Below, in pieces: positions 16,906 through 26,168 of a stretch of DNA of 32,000 nt. Source of the DNA: Bacillus subtilis subsp. subtilis str. 168. GTDB taxonomy: Bacteria > Bacillota > Bacilli > Bacillales > Bacillaceae. The translations under genes and the position numbers were made by a program. How positions within the stretch are numbered: the stretch's first letter is position 1; the number at the start of each line of letters is the position of its first letter. The DNA is taken from contig NC_000964.3 of assembly GCF_000009045.1 (NCBI RefSeq), positions 3,180,001 to 3,212,000 of the forward strand, in the 5' to 3' direction. The notes beneath the pieces are model-generated. The model was not told the DNA's origin and made no database searches. It saw nothing but the letters and a program-made list of their open reading frames with translations.

Positions 16906-17892
16906 GTGATACGTTTTGCAATAATAGGAACCAACTGGATTACAGACCGCTTTCTTGAGTCAGCAGCGGATATCGAAGATTTTCAGCTGACTGCTGTTTA
17001 TTCAAGATCGGCTGAACGCGCTGGCGAGTTTGCTGCTAAACACAACGCTGCGCATGCCTTCTCAGACCTTCAGGAAATGGCGGCGAGCGATTGCTTTGAT
17101 GCCGTATACATAGCGAGCCCGAACGCTCTTCACAAGGAACAAGCCGTTCTCTTTATGAACCATGGCAAGCATGTGCTTTGTGAGAAGCCGTTTGCTTCGA
17201 ATACAAAAGAAACAGAAGAGATGATCTCAGCGGCTAAGGCAAACGGCGTTGTTCTCATGGAAGCAATGAAGACCACTTTCCTGCCGAATTTCAAAGAACT
17301 GAAAAAACACCTGCATAAAATCGGCACTGTCCGCAGATTTACCGCAAGCTACTGCCAGTATTCCTCACGATATGACGCGTTCAGAAGCGGAACTGTTTTG
17401 AATGCGTTTCAGCCTGAGCTTTCCAATGGGTCATTAATGGATATTGGCGTCTATTGTATTTATCCGGCTGTTGTGTTGTTTGGCGCGCCGAAGGATGTAA
17501 AAGCAAACGGATATGCTTTATCCTCCGGAGTGGACGGAGAAGGAACTGTCATTCTGTCTTACGACGGGTTCGAAGCTGTTCTGATGCATTCCAAAATCTC
17601 TACTTCCTATGCCCCGGCTGAAATCCAGGGTGAAGACGGGACGATTGTAATCGATACGATTCACCGGCCTGAACGTGTTGAAATCCGCTACCGGGACGGC
17701 CGCCTTGAAAACATCGCGATCCCTGATCCTAAACCGGCGATGTTCTATGAAGCAGAAGAATTTGTCACGCTTATAAAAGAGAATAAGCTGGAATCTGAAG
17801 AAAATACATTTGAACGGTCTTTGACCACCGCAAAAATTATGGAAGAAGCAAGAAAGCAAATGGGGATTGTATACCCTGCTGATCAAGCTTAA
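16906..17892 (+). CDS. yulF: Gfo/Idh/MocA-family NAD(P)-dependent oxidoreductase, substrate unknown
   Basis: 328 aa. GTG start 8 nt after AAAGGAG. N-terminal Rossmann fold (RFAIIGTNWIT) and the family EKP motif (VLCEKPF). Confidence 0.85.
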   Translation: MIRFAIIGTNWITDRFLESAADIEDFQLTAVYSRSAERAGEFAAKHNAAHAFSDLQEMAASDCFDAVYIASPNALHKEQAVLFMNHGKHVLCEKPFASNTKETEEMISAAKANGVVLMEAMKTTFLPNFKELKKHLHKIGTVRRFTASYCQYSSRYDAFRSGTVLNAFQPELSNGSLMDIGVYCIYPAVVLFGAPKDVKANGYALSSGVDGEGTVILSYDGFEAVLMHSKISTSYAPAEIQGEDGTIVIDTIHRPERVEIRYRDGRLENIAIPDPKPAMFYEAEEFVTLIKENKLESEENTFERSLTTAKIMEEARKQMGIVYPADQA

Positions 17893-17931
17893 AAAAATCC
17901 GCCCGCGTGCAAATGCCGCGGCGGATTTTTT
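17891..17931. terminator. Bidirectional terminator between convergent yulF and rhaA
   Basis: GC-rich hairpin ATCCGCC(CGCG)...(CGCG)GGCGGAT, flanked by A7 upstream and T6 downstream. Confidence 0.7.
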
Positions 17932-17932
17932 A

Positions 17933-19207
17933 TTAGACAATCGGAGAAGATGCCTTCCTTTTTAAAAGCACCTGTTGCTCATATTCTTTGATGTCATAAA
18001 GCCATGCCTCTTTTACCGGAACGCCCATTTGCTCACAGTAGGAATCCCAGATGGCTCCGAAAGGATATGTTTTGAATTCCTCCATCAGGGCCAGCCTTTC
18101 TGTATAGCGGCCCTCTTCCTGCAATTGTTTTAAATATCCGTTCGGGAGAAGCAGGGCATACAATAAAGCTTTGATCATATTTCTCGTTCCGATGGTCCAG
18201 GCGGCTACACGGTTAATGCTGGCATCGAAAAAATCCAGACCGATGGCTACCTTCTCAAGAGCATGATTTCGTACAATTTCAAGAGCGATTTCTCTCAATT
18301 CATCATCCAAAACCACTACATGGTCGCTATCCCAACGAACAGGCCGCGATACGTGCAAGGCAAGCTTGTCTGTGTAAAGCAGCATGGACGAGATCTTGTT
18401 TGATACCGTCTCAGTCGGATGGAAATGGCCTGTATCAAGTAAACAAAGCTTATGATTCGTCAAAGCATAAGCTAAATAAAATTCATGAGATCCGACAACA
18501 TATGATTCGGAGCCAAGCCCGAACAGCTTGCTCTCGATTGAATCAAGATTATGTTGTTCACTGATCTCCTCTGAGAAGATCCGATCCAGTGATTCTTTTA
18601 GTCTTTTACGCGGTGTCAGCCTATCACTCGGGATATCCTTATAGCCGTCGGGAATCCAAATATTCGTCAAGCAAGGTGTTCCTAATTCTTTCCCGAAGTA
18701 TTCCCCGATACGGCGGCAAGCGATGCAATGCCTGATCCAAAATTCTCTGATGTCCGGATCAGGGTGTGAAAGGGTGAGTCCGTCAGCCGCTTTCTCATGC
18801 GAAAACAAGGTTGGATTAAAATCTAAACCGAGACCAAGGTTTTTTGCCCATTTCACCCAGTTTTCAAAATGCTGCGGCTTCAATTCGTCACGTTCTACCG
18901 CTTCCCTGTTTGTTTCTGCGTATATCGCATGCAGGTTTACGCGGTGCTTTCCAGGAATGAGAGAAAGAGCCTTCTCCAAATCTCTTCTTAATTCTTCAGG
19001 AGTTTGCGCTTTTCCGGGATAATTGCCGGTCACGTCAATTCCGCCTGAAAGCTCGCCCTTATTTACTTCAAAGCCTTCAATGTCGTCACCCTGCCAGCAG
19101 TGGATCGAAATGGGCACTTGCTCTAATTGCCGAAGCGCCTCTTCAACATCAATTCCCCATTTTTCATATGCCTGTTTTGCACTGTCATAATTGGCTTTTA
19201 TGGTCAT
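17933..19207 (-). CDS. rhaA: L-rhamnose isomerase
   Basis: 424 aa. Xylose-isomerase-like TIM-barrel signature of RhaA ([10 protein letters not shown] ... LHAIY ... DTGHFHPTE ... WDSDHVV). Last gene of the rha operon. Confidence 0.92.
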   Translation of the reverse strand: MTIKANYDSAKQAYEKWGIDVEEALRQLEQVPISIHCWQGDDIEGFEVNKGELSGGIDVTGNYPGKAQTPEELRRDLEKALSLIPGKHRVNLHAIYAETNREAVERDELKPQHFENWVKWAKNLGLGLDFNPTLFSHEKAADGLTLSHPDPDIREFWIRHCIACRRIGEYFGKELGTPCLTNIWIPDGYKDIPSDRLTPRKRLKESLDRIFSEEISEQHNLDSIESKLFGLGSESYVVGSHEFYLAYALTNHKLCLLDTGHFHPTETVSNKISSMLLYTDKLALHVSRPVRWDSDHVVVLDDELREIALEIVRNHALEKVAIGLDFFDASINRVAAWTIGTRNMIKALLYALLLPNGYLKQLQEEGRYTERLALMEEFKTYPFGAIWDSYCEQMGVPVKEAWLYDIKEYEQQVLLKRKASSPIV

Positions 19208-19232
19208 ACGGCTCTCTCCCTTTATCAGTTTT

Positions 19233-19547
19233 TCAATCCAAATAAAAAACTTCCTTTAGATCTATCGCAACAGGACTGAAATCCGAATTTGTTTTCATTA
19301 ATGGCGCCATCGATTTCCACCATCTTTGGCAAACTTCCGTGTCCGCCATCTTTCTCCATTTCTCTTCATCCTCTATTTCTAAATATGCAAAAAGCCTGCC
19401 TGTTTCCTCGTCTAGAAAAATGGAATAATGGTGTGCTCCATGAGCTTTGAGTGCTTCTGCCATCTCAGGCCAAATGTCATCATGCCGCTGTTTGTATTCT
19501 TCGTACTTGTCTTGATGGACAAACATGATACTGGCTTTTCTTTTCAA
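19233..19547 (-). CDS. rhaM: L-rhamnose mutarotase
   Basis: 104 aa. RhaM/YiiL family ([12 protein letters not shown]...HNYSIF-like HHYSIFL). Confidence 0.9.
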   Translation of the reverse strand: MKRKASIMFVHQDKYEEYKQRHDDIWPEMAEALKAHGAHHYSIFLDEETGRLFAYLEIEDEEKWRKMADTEVCQRWWKSMAPLMKTNSDFSPVAIDLKEVFYLD

Positions 19548-19564
19548 ACCTTTTCACCTCTTCA

Positions 19565-21022
19565 TCATTTAGATAGCGCTTTCAAAACAGTTTGCTGAAA
19601 TGACTGAATGATCGTGCTTCTATCAATGTCTTTAGGTGTAAACACTTTGATCGGAAAGGAATTTCTGACGACTTGCCGGGCTTCTTTTATGTCTTTGACT
19701 TCTTTGGCAGCAATCATTTGCATCAAAAGATTTCCGGTGGCAGTTGCCTCTATCGGCCCTGCATATACCGCTTTTCCACTCATGTCTGCCGTTAATTGAT
19801 TTAAGAAATCATTCCGGGCTCCGCCGCCGATGATATGAAATTGCTCGATCGGTTTTTCTGTGATTGTTTCGAGCTCTTTGATGGCTATCGCATAGATGAT
19901 GGCTAAATTGCTGTAGATGCAGCAGGCAAGTTCGCCTGCAGTACGGGGAATCTTTTGGCGGGTTTGTCTGCAATAATGTTGTATTTCCTTTATCATGTTT
20001 TCTGGATTCAGGAAACGTTTATCATTTAAGTTTATAAATTGCTGGAATGGTTCTGTTTTTTTGGCTTCTTCTGCAAGCTGCTGAAAAGAATAATCTGCTT
20101 GTAGCTGCTGTTTGACTTCTTGTATCACCCACATGCCGATAATGTTTTTGAGAAAGCGAATGGTGTTGTTTGCGCCGCGTTCATTTGTATAGTTGTTTTC
20201 TAAAGCAAGATCAGTTATTATCGGTGTTTTGTTTTCAACCCCGATTAACGACCATGTTCCGCTGCTGATATACGCCCAGCCATCATTTACGCCTGGCGCC
20301 GCAATGACGGCCGAGGCCGTATCATGTGTTGCGACTGTCATCACCTTGCACGCCGGGAGATCATAATCCGGGAACCACTCATTTCTTAGCTTCCCGAGTT
20401 CACACCCCGGTTCAGTGAGCGGCGCAAATTGCTGTTCCAGAACAGACACGGCTTCAAGCAATTCAGGATCAAGATTTCCCGTTGAGACGTTTAAAAGCTG
20501 TGTTGTGGACACGTTTGTGATTTCCGTTACAGCTTTTCCGGTTAAACAATAGCCTAAATAATCAGGAATCATCATAATTTTGTCTGTCTTTTTCAGCAGC
20601 TCACGGTCTTCTTCAAACAATTGATAGATCGTGTTGAAAGGCTGAAATTGTATTCCTGTTTTTTGATAAATTGCGGCTTTTGAGAGGGTATGTTCCAGTT
20701 TGTCTATTGTGTGATCTGTTCTTCTATCACGGTAGGAGATTGCTTCCCGCAACCGATCGCCTTTTTCGTCCAGTAAGACATAATCGACTGCCCATGTATC
20801 AATGCCTACGGTGCAGTGTTCATACCCAAGCGTCTTTACTTTTTGCAGTCCTTGCAGGATTTGTTTTAGCAAATGATCAATATCCCATAAGCAATGCCCG
20901 TCTCTTTGACTGAAACCGTTAGCGAACCTGTGAATCTCTTGTATGTCAAGCTTCCCTTCATTCAGTTCACCTACCATGATTCTCCCGCTTGATGCGCCTA
21001 CATCAATGGCAGTATAAATCAT
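19565..21022 (-). CDS. rhaB: Rhamnulokinase (FGGY carbohydrate kinase family)
   Basis: 485 aa. FGGY N-terminal motif (AIDVGASSGR) and C-terminal motif (IIGGGARNDFLNQLTAD). Confidence 0.92.
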   Translation of the reverse strand: MIYTAIDVGASSGRIMVGELNEGKLDIQEIHRFANGFSQRDGHCLWDIDHLLKQILQGLQKVKTLGYEHCTVGIDTWAVDYVLLDEKGDRLREAISYRDRRTDHTIDKLEHTLSKAAIYQKTGIQFQPFNTIYQLFEEDRELLKKTDKIMMIPDYLGYCLTGKAVTEITNVSTTQLLNVSTGNLDPELLEAVSVLEQQFAPLTEPGCELGKLRNEWFPDYDLPACKVMTVATHDTASAVIAAPGVNDGWAYISSGTWSLIGVENKTPIITDLALENNYTNERGANNTIRFLKNIIGMWVIQEVKQQLQADYSFQQLAEEAKKTEPFQQFINLNDKRFLNPENMIKEIQHYCRQTRQKIPRTAGELACCIYSNLAIIYAIAIKELETITEKPIEQFHIIGGGARNDFLNQLTADMSGKAVYAGPIEATATGNLLMQMIAAKEVKDIKEARQVVRNSFPIKVFTPKDIDRSTIIQSFQQTVLKALSK

Positions 21023-21026
21023 CCTT

Positions 21027-21803
21027 TCACCCTCTCTTCGAAAGAGGAACAGCTGTCACCTTCACCTTTTTGTCCTCAAGAGCTTTTACCGATGCCGGAT
21101 CAAGTCCAGAATCCGTAATAAGGCGGCTGACATCTTGCAGCGAGGCGATATGTGAAAACTCGCGGTTCCCCCATTTGCTTGAATCGGCCATCAAAATGGT
21201 CTGGTCCGACCTTTCGATCATCCGTTTTTTGAGCAGCGCCTGCCACTCATTTGAATCACTCATCCCGTTGTGTACGTCAAATCCCTTACATGACAGAAAG
21301 GTTTTATTGACATGATAGGTCTCAAGTGAACGCTCTGCTAACGGGCCGGCAAATGATAATGATTTTTCCAGCAAAATGCCGCCTGTTGAAATGACTGATA
21401 TGTTTTCTTTATTGCTGAGTTCAATAGCTGCTTTCATTGAGTTTGTAATCACGGTGAGCTCAATGTCAGGGAGTATTTTTGCCATGTACCAAGCGGTTGT
21501 GCTTGCATCGAGAATGATTCGGTCTCCGCTTTTTACATATTTGGCCGCTTCGTGAGCGATGGCTTTTTTTTCGATGACATTCGTGATTTCCCGTTCAGAA
21601 AAATGAATTTCTGATTCCTTCTGCTGAATACTGACCGCTCCTCCGTGGCTCCGGCTCAGTTTATGTTCTTTTTCAAGCTTTTCAAGATCACGCCGAATGG
21701 TTTCCTCTGTGACTGAAAAAATGTCACTTAATTCGGAAACGCGGATGCTTGAACGCATATTTACTATTTCCACTATTTTTTGCTGCCGTTCTGCTACTAG
21801 CAT
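21027..21803 (-). CDS. rhaR: DeoR-family transcriptional repressor of the rhamnose operon
   Basis: 258 aa. N-terminal DeoR helix-turn-helix (RQQKIVEIVNMRSSIRVSELSDIFSVTEETIRRDL) plus a sugar-phosphate sensor domain. It stops 4 nt before the rhaB start. Confidence 0.9.
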   Translation of the reverse strand: MLVAERQQKIVEIVNMRSSIRVSELSDIFSVTEETIRRDLEKLEKEHKLSRSHGGAVSIQQKESEIHFSEREITNVIEKKAIAHEAAKYVKSGDRIILDASTTAWYMAKILPDIELTVITNSMKAAIELSNKENISVISTGGILLEKSLSFAGPLAERSLETYHVNKTFLSCKGFDVHNGMSDSNEWQALLKKRMIERSDQTILMADSSKWGNREFSHIASLQDVSRLITDSGLDPASVKALEDKKVKVTAVPLSKRG

Positions 21804-21859
21804 CGGTAACGCCCTTCCTCATATCGTAGTCCGTCTTATATTTTTATCATAGCATATAT

Positions 21860-23929
21860 CTAACGCGTAAAAGCAGCAGGGACGCCGCCGTCTACCGTGA
21901 TCATGCAGCCCGTTGTTTTTTCGGCTTTGGAAGAAGCGAAGAATGCAATGGCTTCGGCAATATCCTCCGGGTAAATATTGACGAGCAATGCTGTCCGTTT
22001 CCGGTAATGTTCCTCCAGCTGATCCGGTTCAATCCCGTACGCCGCGGCTCGTTCCTCACGCCAGCTTGAACCCCAGATTGCCGATCCTTGAAGAACTGCA
22101 TCAGGCAAAACGGAGTTGACCCTAATGCCGAATTCTCCGCCTTCTGCTGCGATGCATCTTGCTAAATGGGTTTCAAGCGCCTTAACAGAGCTGTAGGCAG
22201 AGGCGTTTTTTCCCGCATAAACTGAATTTTTCGATCCGACAAATACCATGCTTCCGCCTCTATTTTGATGTTTCATCTGTTTAAACGCTTCACGGGCTAC
22301 AAGGAAATAGCCTGTTCCTAAAACATTCATATTAAGATTCCATTCTTTTAGACTTGTTTCGTCAAATGGGCTTGATGTGGCCAGCCCGGCATTATTGACG
22401 ACGATATCAATGCCGCCGTAAGCAAGCGCCGCTCGTTCAAAAGCTGACTGTACGTCTTCCTCCTTTGTCACATCCATTTTGACAGCCATTGCCCGTCCTT
22501 TTCCGTATGCATCGTTTATTTCCCCGGCAATTTTCTGTGCGCCTTCTATATTCAGATCAGCTACGATCACGTGCCCTCCCTCAGCTGCAAATCGGCGGCA
22601 TGCCGCACTGCCGATTCCGCCGGCTCCTCCAGTTATCAGCGCTACTTTTCGGGAAAATTCTGCTTCCGGCGGGGCCAGCGTGAGTTTATATAGTTCGAGC
22701 GGCCAATATTCGACATGGTAGGACTCATTTTCATGTAAAGAAACAAATTGCCCCAGAGCGGTTGCTCCTTTCATTACGGCGATGGCCCTCCGATATAAAG
22801 CCCCGCTTACTTTAGACATCGCATAACTTTTTCCTGTATTCACCATTCCGATTCCAGGAATCAATATCACCCGCGGGGCGGATTCAAAGATTTGATCCCC
22901 ATCCTGCTGATTGCGTGTAAAGTAAGCCTGATACTCTGATGTAAAGGTCTCGACTCCTGACTTGATCAGATCTGCAAGCTTGTGCACATCTTGAGTTTCC
23001 GGATTCCAATCAATGTACAGCGGAACCCGTTTTGTGTGAACAAGGTGATCCGGGCATGCCGCACCGATTTGCGAAAGTGCTGGCGCTTGGACACTGTTTA
23101 CAAATTCCAAGACATCGTCATGATCATCATAGGAAAGGATCATTTTCTTTTCTTCACTTACTGCTCCTCTGATCACAGGCATGATGCCTGCCAAGATTTG
23201 TTTTCTTTTATCCTCCGGCAGCGGCTGATACCTTTTGCCTCCGAATACCTCATGCTGATTGATACGATCGTTAATATACTGCTCGGCTTCTTGAATGATG
23301 GATATCGTTTTTTGATAACATGTTTCAGACGTCTCTCCCCAAGTGACTAAGCCGTGTTTCTCCATTAATACAAGCTCGGCGTGGGGGTTGTTTGCTACGC
23401 CTTCAGCGATCATTTTAGACAAAGTAAATCCAGGACGGACGTATGGCACCCATACAAACCGATTTCCGTAAATGTCTTCAGCGATTTGTTTTCCATTATC
23501 CGCACAGCATATGCTGATAATCGCATCTGGATGGGTATGGTCAACATGTTTGTATGGCAGAAAAGCGTGTAATAGCGTTTCAATTGAAGGGCGGGGATGT
23601 TTGCTGTCTATCATACAATGAGACAGGTAGTCTACCATTTCTTCATCGGGCATTTGGTCCCTTTTAATCAGCGGGCGGATATCATCTAATTTCAAACCGG
23701 AAAAGTTATGCGCTTTCATTGTTGCCAAATCCGATCCGCTTCCTTTTACCCACATGACTTCTATTTCACGGCCTCTAAAATCCTTTTCCGTTGTTTTCAT
23801 AGATGTATTCCCCCCGCCCCAGTTGCAGACAGTGCGGTCTGACCCGATCAGATTGGACCTGTACACCAATTCCTCTACACCTTTAGGTAGCTGTGCAGCT
23901 CGCTCTGAATCCCATATATGTTTCACCAT
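21860..23929 (-). CDS. rhaEW: Bifunctional L-rhamnulose-1-phosphate aldolase / L-lactaldehyde dehydrogenase (class II aldolase domain fused to a short-chain dehydrogenase)
   Basis: 689 aa. N-terminal class II aldolase/adducin domain (GGGNTS; HTHPD). C-terminal SDR domain with TGGAGGIGSA and the YSSVK catalytic YxxxK. GGAGGAA SD with 8 nt spacing. Confidence 0.92.
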   Translation of the reverse strand: MVKHIWDSERAAQLPKGVEELVYRSNLIGSDRTVCNWGGGNTSMKTTEKDFRGREIEVMWVKGSGSDLATMKAHNFSGLKLDDIRPLIKRDQMPDEEMVDYLSHCMIDSKHPRPSIETLLHAFLPYKHVDHTHPDAIISICCADNGKQIAEDIYGNRFVWVPYVRPGFTLSKMIAEGVANNPHAELVLMEKHGLVTWGETSETCYQKTISIIQEAEQYINDRINQHEVFGGKRYQPLPEDKRKQILAGIMPVIRGAVSEEKKMILSYDDHDDVLEFVNSVQAPALSQIGAACPDHLVHTKRVPLYIDWNPETQDVHKLADLIKSGVETFTSEYQAYFTRNQQDGDQIFESAPRVILIPGIGMVNTGKSYAMSKVSGALYRRAIAVMKGATALGQFVSLHENESYHVEYWPLELYKLTLAPPEAEFSRKVALITGGAGGIGSAACRRFAAEGGHVIVADLNIEGAQKIAGEINDAYGKGRAMAVKMDVTKEEDVQSAFERAALAYGGIDIVVNNAGLATSSPFDETSLKEWNLNMNVLGTGYFLVAREAFKQMKHQNRGGSMVFVGSKNSVYAGKNASAYSSVKALETHLARCIAAEGGEFGIRVNSVLPDAVLQGSAIWGSSWREERAAAYGIEPDQLEEHYRKRTALLVNIYPEDIAEAIAFFASSKAEKTTGCMITVDGGVPAAFTR

Positions 23930-23957
23930 ATTTGATATTCCTCCATACCCTTTTATT

Positions 23958-23972
23958 TGTATCCGTTTTCAT
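23958..23972 (-). promoter_or_regulatory. Catabolite-responsive element (cre, CcpA site) at the rha operon start
   Basis: The minus strand reads ATGAAAACGGATACA. It fits every constrained position of the consensus WTGNAANCGNWNNCW and overlaps the 3' end of the -10 box. Confidence 0.6.
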
Positions 23973-23999
23973 TATATATGATTTCTGTTTGTTTTTGAA
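23971..23999 (-). promoter_or_regulatory. Putative sigma-A promoter of rhaEWRBMA
   Basis: The minus strand reads TTCAAA (23999..23994), 17 nt, TATAAT (23976..23971). Confidence 0.5.
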
Positions 24000-24026
24000 T
24001 CGTTTTTGTTTATTTTTGCTTTTTAA

Positions 24027-24058
24027 CAAAAAAAGAAAGCAGCAGATATGCCGCTTTC
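24027..24058 (-). terminator. Intrinsic terminator after tlpB
   Basis: GAAAGCGGC-atatct-GCTGCTTTC (one mismatch), followed on the minus strand by TTTTTTT. Confidence 0.6.
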
Positions 24059-24066
24059 TCGTTTCA

Positions 24067-26055
24067 TTATGATTCTATTTTAAATTTCTTCGTAATGTCC
24101 TGAAGTTCTTCCGCCATGTTTGCCAACGTTTCCGCTGAAGAGCTGATTTCTTCCATGGACGCAAGCTGTTCTTCCGCCGAAGCTGCGATATCCTGAATGC
24201 CTGCTGAGCTTTCTTTCGCCACTGCAGAAATATCTTCAACAGCACTTGACACTTCCTGTGATCCGGCTGACAGTTGTTCAACCGTCGCGTTCAAGTTTTG
24301 CAATTCGCCGGAAATTTGGGTTGTCATCTCATAGATTTGTTTAAAGCTTTCCGCTGTTTGATCCGTAATCTGCAAGCCTTCTTTCACTTCATGATTCACG
24401 GATTGGAACATTGAAAGTGAGGTGCTGATTTCCCTGACAATCTCTTGAATTAATCCTTCAATTTCCTTGGCGGAGTCTGCTGATTGTACAGCAAGTTTTC
24501 TAACCTCTTCCGCAACTACTGAGAAACCTCTTCCGTATTCTCCCGCTCTTGCCGCCTCAATCGCAGCATTTAATGCAAGCAGGTTGGTTTGATCAGCAAT
24601 GCCGTTAATCACATTCAAGATGCTTGTGATGTCTTGCGATTTTGTTTCAAGGCCCTTCACAACCGCTTCCGCTTTTTGAACGGATTGGTCAATTGTTTTC
24701 ATCTGGCCGACTGTATGCTCCACCAGCTTTTCTCCGCTGCCCGCTGCCTCAGAGGACTGAATCGATGATTTCGTAATGGTTGAAGAGGCTTGAGCCACTT
24801 TTGAAATCCCCTCGTTCATTTGAGAAAGATGATTTGAGCTTGTTTCCAGTTTCTCGCTTTGTGCCTCGTTGCCATCTGAGAACTGTTCGATGGCAAGTGT
24901 AATATGTTCAGTTGCCTTGCTTGTTTGGGCTGCGCTTGCTGTCAGCTCCTCAGAAGATGAAGCGACGTTTTCTACAGACGTTTGAATAACGCCTATTACA
25001 GAACGCAATGATGCAGACATTTCATTAAAGCTTTCGCCAAGCTGGCCAAACTCGTTTTTCGAGTGAATGTCAATGACTTCTGTGAGATCTCCGCTGCTGA
25101 TTTTTGCAGACGTTGAGACAAGTTTTCTTAACGGCTTGGTGATGGCACGGATAATATAGAGTATGAGTATGCCGCCGATTACTATTGACACGCATAGAAT
25201 GATAACCGCAGTGTTCAGCACCGGGCTTGAAGCATCTTGCAATTCACTGACAAAATATGTGCCCGCGATTTTCCAGCCAGTCAGTTTATTTGTCGTAAAG
25301 GCCATTTTCTTTTCTTTGCCTTCGAATGTATATTCAAATGAGCCTTCTTTTTTGGAATATACTTGGTTTGTCCAATCGCCGGAACCGGTTGTCCCCGGCT
25401 TAATGGTCGGATGGGCGATATATTTTTTGTTGCCTGTCGTAATAAATGCAAAGCCTTCTTTTCCGATTTTGATTCTTTTTGATGCAGTAAGCACTTCATC
25501 CAGGTTTAAATCTAGCGCTATAACCCCTGAACCGTCTTTTAATTGTTTTGAAATTGTGACAACGATATCTCCTGTCGCTTCATCGGTATACGGTTCTGAG
25601 AAAACAGCTTGTCCTTTTTCCGCAACCGCCTGTTTGTACCAGTCACGTCCTGTCGGATCGAAACCTTTCGGAACACCGCTATCCGGATATTTATAAAGCT
25701 TCTTATCTTCTGAGGCAGCATAGATTGCGCCTACATCGTCGTTAAGTGTCGTGTACTGCTTAAATTTCTCTTTCAGTAATGTTTTGTTTTTGCCTAACAA
25801 TATGTCTTTATCGACTGTCTCACTATAATAATCTATTGCTTTTACTTTATCTTCTAATTTATTTTGCAGCGTACTGTTTAGTTCTTCAACATTTCCCTTC
25901 GCACTGCTTATGAGCTCTCTGTCTAACGCGTTCCAAGCTGATTGATAACTGAAATATGCTAAAACCCCAACCGGCAAAATAAGCACTGCCAGAAACGCAG
26001 CGATTAGCGGTTTGCTGATCGATGGCTGTTTGATCCATTGTATGAATTTTCCCAT
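24067..26055 (-). CDS. tlpB: Methyl-accepting chemotaxis protein (TM, double-Cache sensor, TM, HAMP, MCP signalling domain)
   Basis: 662 aa. Invariant MCP hairpin tip [44 protein letters not shown]. The gene name is assigned by position (first receptor after rhaEW), from memory of the reference order. Confidence 0.85.
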   Translation of the reverse strand: MGKFIQWIKQPSISKPLIAAFLAVLILPVGVLAYFSYQSAWNALDRELISSAKGNVEELNSTLQNKLEDKVKAIDYYSETVDKDILLGKNKTLLKEKFKQYTTLNDDVGAIYAASEDKKLYKYPDSGVPKGFDPTGRDWYKQAVAEKGQAVFSEPYTDEATGDIVVTISKQLKDGSGVIALDLNLDEVLTASKRIKIGKEGFAFITTGNKKYIAHPTIKPGTTGSGDWTNQVYSKKEGSFEYTFEGKEKKMAFTTNKLTGWKIAGTYFVSELQDASSPVLNTAVIILCVSIVIGGILILYIIRAITKPLRKLVSTSAKISSGDLTEVIDIHSKNEFGQLGESFNEMSASLRSVIGVIQTSVENVASSSEELTASAAQTSKATEHITLAIEQFSDGNEAQSEKLETSSNHLSQMNEGISKVAQASSTITKSSIQSSEAAGSGEKLVEHTVGQMKTIDQSVQKAEAVVKGLETKSQDITSILNVINGIADQTNLLALNAAIEAARAGEYGRGFSVVAEEVRKLAVQSADSAKEIEGLIQEIVREISTSLSMFQSVNHEVKEGLQITDQTAESFKQIYEMTTQISGELQNLNATVEQLSAGSQEVSSAVEDISAVAKESSAGIQDIAASAEEQLASMEEISSSAETLANMAEELQDITKKFKIES

Positions 26056-26086
26056 TCTCGTTGACTCCTCCTTTAAGATAAATCTA

Positions 26087-26114
26087 ATATCGTCAAACTA
26101 GGATAAAAGGTTTA
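26087..26114 (-). promoter_or_regulatory. Sigma-D type promoter of tlpB
   Basis: The minus strand reads TAAA (26114..26111), N16, GACGATAT (26094..26087). The consensus is TAAA-N15-GCCGATAT. Confidence 0.55.
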
Positions 26115-26120
26115 ATAAAA

Positions 26121-26160
26121 AAACTAAAAAAAACACCCAAGCGCAACAAGCTTGGGTGTT
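26121..26160 (-). terminator. Intrinsic terminator after mcpA
   Basis: 10-bp stem ACACCCAAGC/GCTTGGGTGT, followed on the minus strand by T8. Confidence 0.8.
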
Positions 26161-26168
26161 AAGGCTTA

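Noticed and set aside
17518-17940. A 140-aa minus-strand ORF overlapping the 3' part of yulF and the terminator.
   Set aside because: It is antisense to a well-supported Gfo/Idh/MocA gene. It starts inside the bidirectional terminator, has no SD and has an odd composition.
25163-25696. Long plus-strand ORFs lie antisense to each chemoreceptor gene. This one is 177 aa; others are at 26926..27315, 28812..29207, 30422..30769, 26494..26817 and 30797..31054. Their products are Ser/Ala/Phe-rich.
   Set aside because: They mirror the Ala/Glu/Ser/Leu-rich coiled-coil coding frame of the real genes. Antisense reading of GCN/GAA/AGC-rich sequence avoids stop codons. They have no SD, are low-complexity, and recur at the same relative position in every paralogue.
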